Origin: Raillietiella orientalis | Taxonomy: Eukaryota | Assembly (NCBI GenBank): GCA_036172245.1 | Contig: JAYWIR010000004.1 | Location: 5,518,001-5,582,000 of the forward strand | Reading direction: 5' to 3' | Length of the DNA: 64,000 nt | Shown here: piece by piece, positions 59,700-64,000 of the stretch | Layout of the letters: each line of letters opens with the position of its first letter | How positions within the stretch are numbered: position 1 is the stretch's first letter | Notes under the pieces: model-generated | Database searches by the model: none | What the model saw: the letters and a program-made list of their open reading frames with translations, nothing else | Told to the model about the DNA's origin: nothing | Translations under genes and position numbers: made by a program

Positions 59700-62320
59700 T
59701 GAAAGATGGACATTGAAGTATTCGAGCCATGCTGCGGAAGGGAAACCGGGAAAAACTCCTTCCCGGGGTAGTATAAAGTTGCATCAGTCAAGGTGTTTAT
59801 CGTTTCGGCTACTCTAATCAGAAATTCTTTGTCTTTGACAATTGAAGGATCTGAGGCATTCCTTATAAAGGAGAATCTAACGTTTCATGAGGAAGCATTA
59901 AAAAAAGAGAACGGAAATTTGTTTTTCAAAGACAGAACTGAGGCACTATCTTCTTCTTCCGACAACCAGGTCCAGAAGACCAGCAGCAGTGACTAGTCAC
60001 TATTCATTATCTCCAGACATTTTAGATGATACAGAAACGAGGAATTGGGTGACATACAATGAAGTTTTTTCTTTTCATTTCTTGCAATATAGCAGAAACT
60101 TTGTTAAGCCAGACTTTGTAAGCCAGAAGACTTCAGACGATAAACTATCAGCAGAGAGCGATGCAACAGATCACATCATTTTTTAGGCAAATTACATCTG
60201 TGCTCCAAATGCCAGAGATGAGGAGTTCAGCTCGCCACAGACATGGAATGCCTTCGAAGACAGGTCCTTGCAGAGTATGAACAGCGATTTGGTGTTGACT
60301 GCATTCGAATTCCGATCAACCACTGTCCGCATGCAAAAGCTGCAAAAGGAACGCGCGAATCTAATTGCTTCATTTGCTAGGTGATTGGAGTGGCAACAGT
60401 GACACAATTTGGAAATTTCCATTTTAAGTGTAAGATTTTTTTTACAGGCAGAAAATCAGGAATTTCAGTTTCCAGAGTGAATTCATATCCCAATAATCAG
60501 GGCCCCTACAATCCCCTCGCACGTTGACTGAATTCGTTGCATAATCCACTTGTACAGGGCATATATCTGAAGGATGTAGAATCCTTGAGCTTGTGCCTAA
60601 ACATGTCCTTGGCTCTGAAGGCAAATAACTAGAATTAATAGGAACATGCAGCCATCATTAGCCACTTAGCGATCTTCCGCTAATCGCCACTTCGTCAGCC
60701 AATTTGGTCCTTCCCTCAATGATGAAAAGCGCCCTTCTGGTGGAAGGAAGTACGCTTGTCCATATCAAAGAGATAGTATAAAACTCAAATTCCAATACAT
60801 CACCATGTCTAAGAACTGAGCGAACTGCCACTGGAAAATGCGGAAGGCCTGAATAGCCAGCTAACGTACGCGACAGATAAGCCCAGCCAAGCTAAGTTTA
60901 GAAAATTTTTAAAACTATTTTTGCTTAGCGCCAAACCGAAAGAGTGACACCAGAACTCCTTCCCCACCCTATTGGCAATAGGTATACAGAAGTGATGTAC
61001 GTGATGTACGAGGCGTGAAATCTATTCCTCGAATACCTGGATCTAGAAGAAAATCTGCATTTCCATTCAGAAAGGTTTCCTCGCAAAAGTGTTCTGAACA
61101 TGGCGTGATTGCTCTGGTTTGCCATGGTTGTTAAAGATATGATCTCGAAGAAAAGTGACATACACAAAATTACAGCAATCTTTTGATACATTTGAGATTT
61201 CCTCATTGAAAAATAATCGCACAAAGGTACATTGCGATATCCGATTCAAAAAATTACACAACTTTCTTACCAGGTAAAGAAAGCAAAGAGAAGGAAGAGC
61301 AATTTTGAAATTTGTCCCAAAGTAAGAATGGCGACGAAAGAAGCAAGAACATCAGGAAATGTCCTGAAGCTCTTCCTCTCGATTCACTGCAACCTAATAC
61401 TACTTTACTAATTTTCCTCCTCGAAATAAGTAACGTCGATGTTTATACAATGCAGCCCTAAAGAGTTTCCAGGAAACTGTAGATCTTCAGAGATCGATTT
61501 TTTCTTTGTTTATACCTGAAAACAATTCCAGCCTTTCCAGGGGAGCAAATTAAGAGATAGCAAAACTTCTGAAGTTACCTGTCGAAATAATGAGGAATCA
61601 AAGAATCACAAATGTGGTCATTTATAAACAAGGCTAAATGTTTTAAACTACAGATGGTCAAAGGAAAACCAAGCATAAGATGGCAGAAATGAGAAAAAAA
61701 ATCGAATGCTGGATGACTCCCTGAATTGCTTCTTTCACCTAGCCAAGCCAAGTCAATACGAAGTGCATCCATGCATCGAAAAGGAAAGCCTCGGTAAAAA
61801 GGCACTGTTATTAGTTTCATTCCGTGCTTTACGTCATAAAGAATTCGGTCTGCCTTCCTTGAAGCTGTCACAAAGCTTTGATTCGATAATGGTTGCAGAT
61901 TGAAAACAGTGGATATTTGTACACAGGGTTTTGAAATGGCAAAAAAAGCTAATTCTTTCCACTTCAAATTGTCTTAACAGAACAGATAAATTGGATTGAC
62001 TACTGCAATGCCATTGGTTGAAGTAATCAAAACAGCCAACATGTTCACTTTGGCAGCCACTCTATGGAATATTCTCGAAAATCTACTTTTAATAGCTAAA
62101 TATCGCCAGTATCCAAAAGCTTCCATTAAACAATTACATAGAAGCATTTAGCTAATCCAGGTTTATCCATGAATTGACAGGTATTATTCGCCATTCGCAG
62201 CATATGTAAAGGTATGAAAGACAATGCAAGCTTCTCATAACGAATACTTTCCAGAGCCCAAGGCAACTTTGTCTTCCCTTCCGTATCCAAAGCCAGATAA
62301 GAAAGTTTCATTAATCGTTT
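59700..62320 (-). mobile_element. Decayed BEL/Pao pol relic (RT, RNase H, integrase, C-terminus)
   Basis: KLPW..RYEKL..KCFYVIV (RFLW..Y..FYVDD, 62126-62311), ILYDVKHG..DLAW, EWK..SR, VNVRGDCRGP (G.D.AGP), HL..ARSFCSFCMR, FWTWLSEE (FW.RW..EY) and LYYPGKG, all in Pao order. Confidence 0.65.
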
Positions 62321-63612
62321 AACTCACCTCGCTGAATCAAGATATTACCACCGCACGTTTTCGAAGTAGGCCTGCTTTTTGTTCACATCATCATTGGAAA
62401 AATTGCTTTCTTTAGGAACACCATGTTCCATAGAGGGAACAGCTATAGTTTAAGCATAGGCCAAGCATAACTGTACTCTCCCCTCTAAGTCGCGAAACGA
62501 AGCATCTCGAAGCATCTGTTTTCAGGAAAGCTGATTACTAAGACATGAATTTAAAAAAAAAAAAAAAAAATGCCTGATTTTGAGATTATTTGATCCGAAT
62601 AGCGAAAATTTCAATATCGTAATTTTTCTTCTGTTGAAACTTCTGCATGTTGTGAACTTAAGACACTTTTTTGTTGAGTCTCATTTTAGTTGCGAAACGA
62701 TTAATGGTTAATAAATAATCATTGAGTAACAAGCCACAAAAATGCTTCAGATGGATCTCATACTCGATGATTTCACTTTATTCAAGACCGTATTCATCAA
62801 ACAAATTCATATCTTTAATGGGGAAATACGAGCCTTGATTATCGGGATATGAATTCACAATGCATGGAACTATGGTTTGCGATCAAAAAAAAAAATAATA
62901 TTTGAGACTATTTCGATATTTATCTCAAGGAGTTTTGTTTGTTTGAAAAAAAAAAAAAAGGCAGTTCTTAAAAAAAAGATATTTCCTTGTTATCGTTGTT
63001 CTAATTTACATCCCAAGATCTTAAACTAAAATGAACGAACTAACATTTCGTTAGAAAGGTTTAAGAATAATAAAATTCACAGTGATAATAAATAAAATAT
63101 AAATTGAAAAATCACACAGAAATTTGTCATTGAAGTTTCGATTGATTTCCCATTTAATTTGCTCCTATAATACGAAAACTATTTTTGTAAAAAAAAAAAA
63201 AAAAAAAAAAAATAGTGATCATTGTAATCAGAAAGATTTGCGTAATTCTTGTAAAATCATTCCAATGCTCAATAACCTTTCCAATTATTTGTTGAATCCA
63301 AGCAATCAAAATACGTGTATGAAAAATGAAATATTTTTCAGCATGATTTCATGGGTGTAGAAAATTCAGCCTGTAGAAAATCCAACGAGTTCCCTGTCCA
63401 TCGCGTTATCCTTCACAGTTGCAAAAACATTTAATAATTTTTATAGCAAAGGTATAAATTAACCAAAGTGTAGTTGTAGCTCTGTATAGTAAGAAAGGCC
63501 GTCGTAGTAAGGCGGAAAGGCTTTTAACGTTCCTGCAATTTGGTCTAGGTACAACTGAAGACCTAAACTCGTAGCCACGGAATTCAAGACATTTTATTAA
63601 TCTCGTGTAGGC

Positions 63613-63613
<1 letters not shown>

Positions 63614-63643
<30 letters not shown>
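63614..63643. repeat. (CAA)10 microsatellite
   Basis: Ten perfect CAA units read directly. They explain the poly-Cys in ORF 63406-63690. Confidence 0.95.
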
Positions 63644-63644
<1 letters not shown>

Positions 63645-64000
63645 CAAAGCGATTAAGTAATTGTGCTTTAGGATACTGTGAGTCCTCCATTTTTGAGTGA
63701 TTGTAAAATGTAGTAGTTAAACTGGAAGTATGTCTCCGTCTGCGTTGTAAGTTTGTAAGAAAATGCGAAAAAACAAATGCTACTATGTGAAGCGGAACTG
63801 TATGTGTGGGTATTCAGTAGAAGTTGGTATTCATTTAATGGTAATGGAGATGTATAAAATTTCATGAACAATACAAGTAACACGATTGCGTATCTGTAGA
63901 CGGTAATTGGCAGCTGTCAGACAGTAGTGTTTGGCATTCCATAAATTTGGGCCATTAGAGTTTCATGGAAGAATTACTGTGATTTAATTACTAGTGGTCG

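Noticed and set aside
63406..63690. Poly-cysteine ORF
   Set aside because: Artefact of the (CAA)10 microsatellite.
1..64000. CRISPR array, prokaryotic operon or horizontally acquired defence system
   Set aside because: No regularly spaced repeats and no intact intronless prokaryote-like ORFs. All intact genes are spliced metazoan genes.

Overview
Metazoan (probably arthropod) genomic DNA, not prokaryotic. The AT-rich left part (1-19 kb) holds two complete genes with very short introns (mostly 38-58 nt). These are CstF-50/CSTF1 (minus, 8 exons, 435 aa) and SETDB1/eggless (plus, 15 coding exons, 1065 aa, two GC-AG introns). A delta/gamma/zeta-type sarcoglycan gene runs on the minus strand from at least 34.3 kb. 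Its stop codon lies only 8 nt from the SETDB1 stop codon; its first coding exon was not found. From about 20 to 62.5 kb the sequence is a dense graveyard of decayed transposons: several BEL/Pao LTR relics, L1/Tx1-like LINEs, NeSL/Utopia-type RLE LINEs, a deleted piggyBac, pogo/Tigger-like MITEs, a Tc1 relic and a tRNA-like SINE. GC content rises strongly toward 50-57 kb, and most ORFs listed there are GC-driven artefacts. All exon models were translated and phase-checked by hand. TE relic calls rest on motifs recognised by eye and their boundaries are approximate. No rRNA, tRNA gene or CRISPR array was seen, and no convincing novel multi-gene system. The most notable items are the overlapping convergent gene pair, a LINE with twin-priming-like inverted structure, the miniature introns and a steep GC3 step inside one gene.
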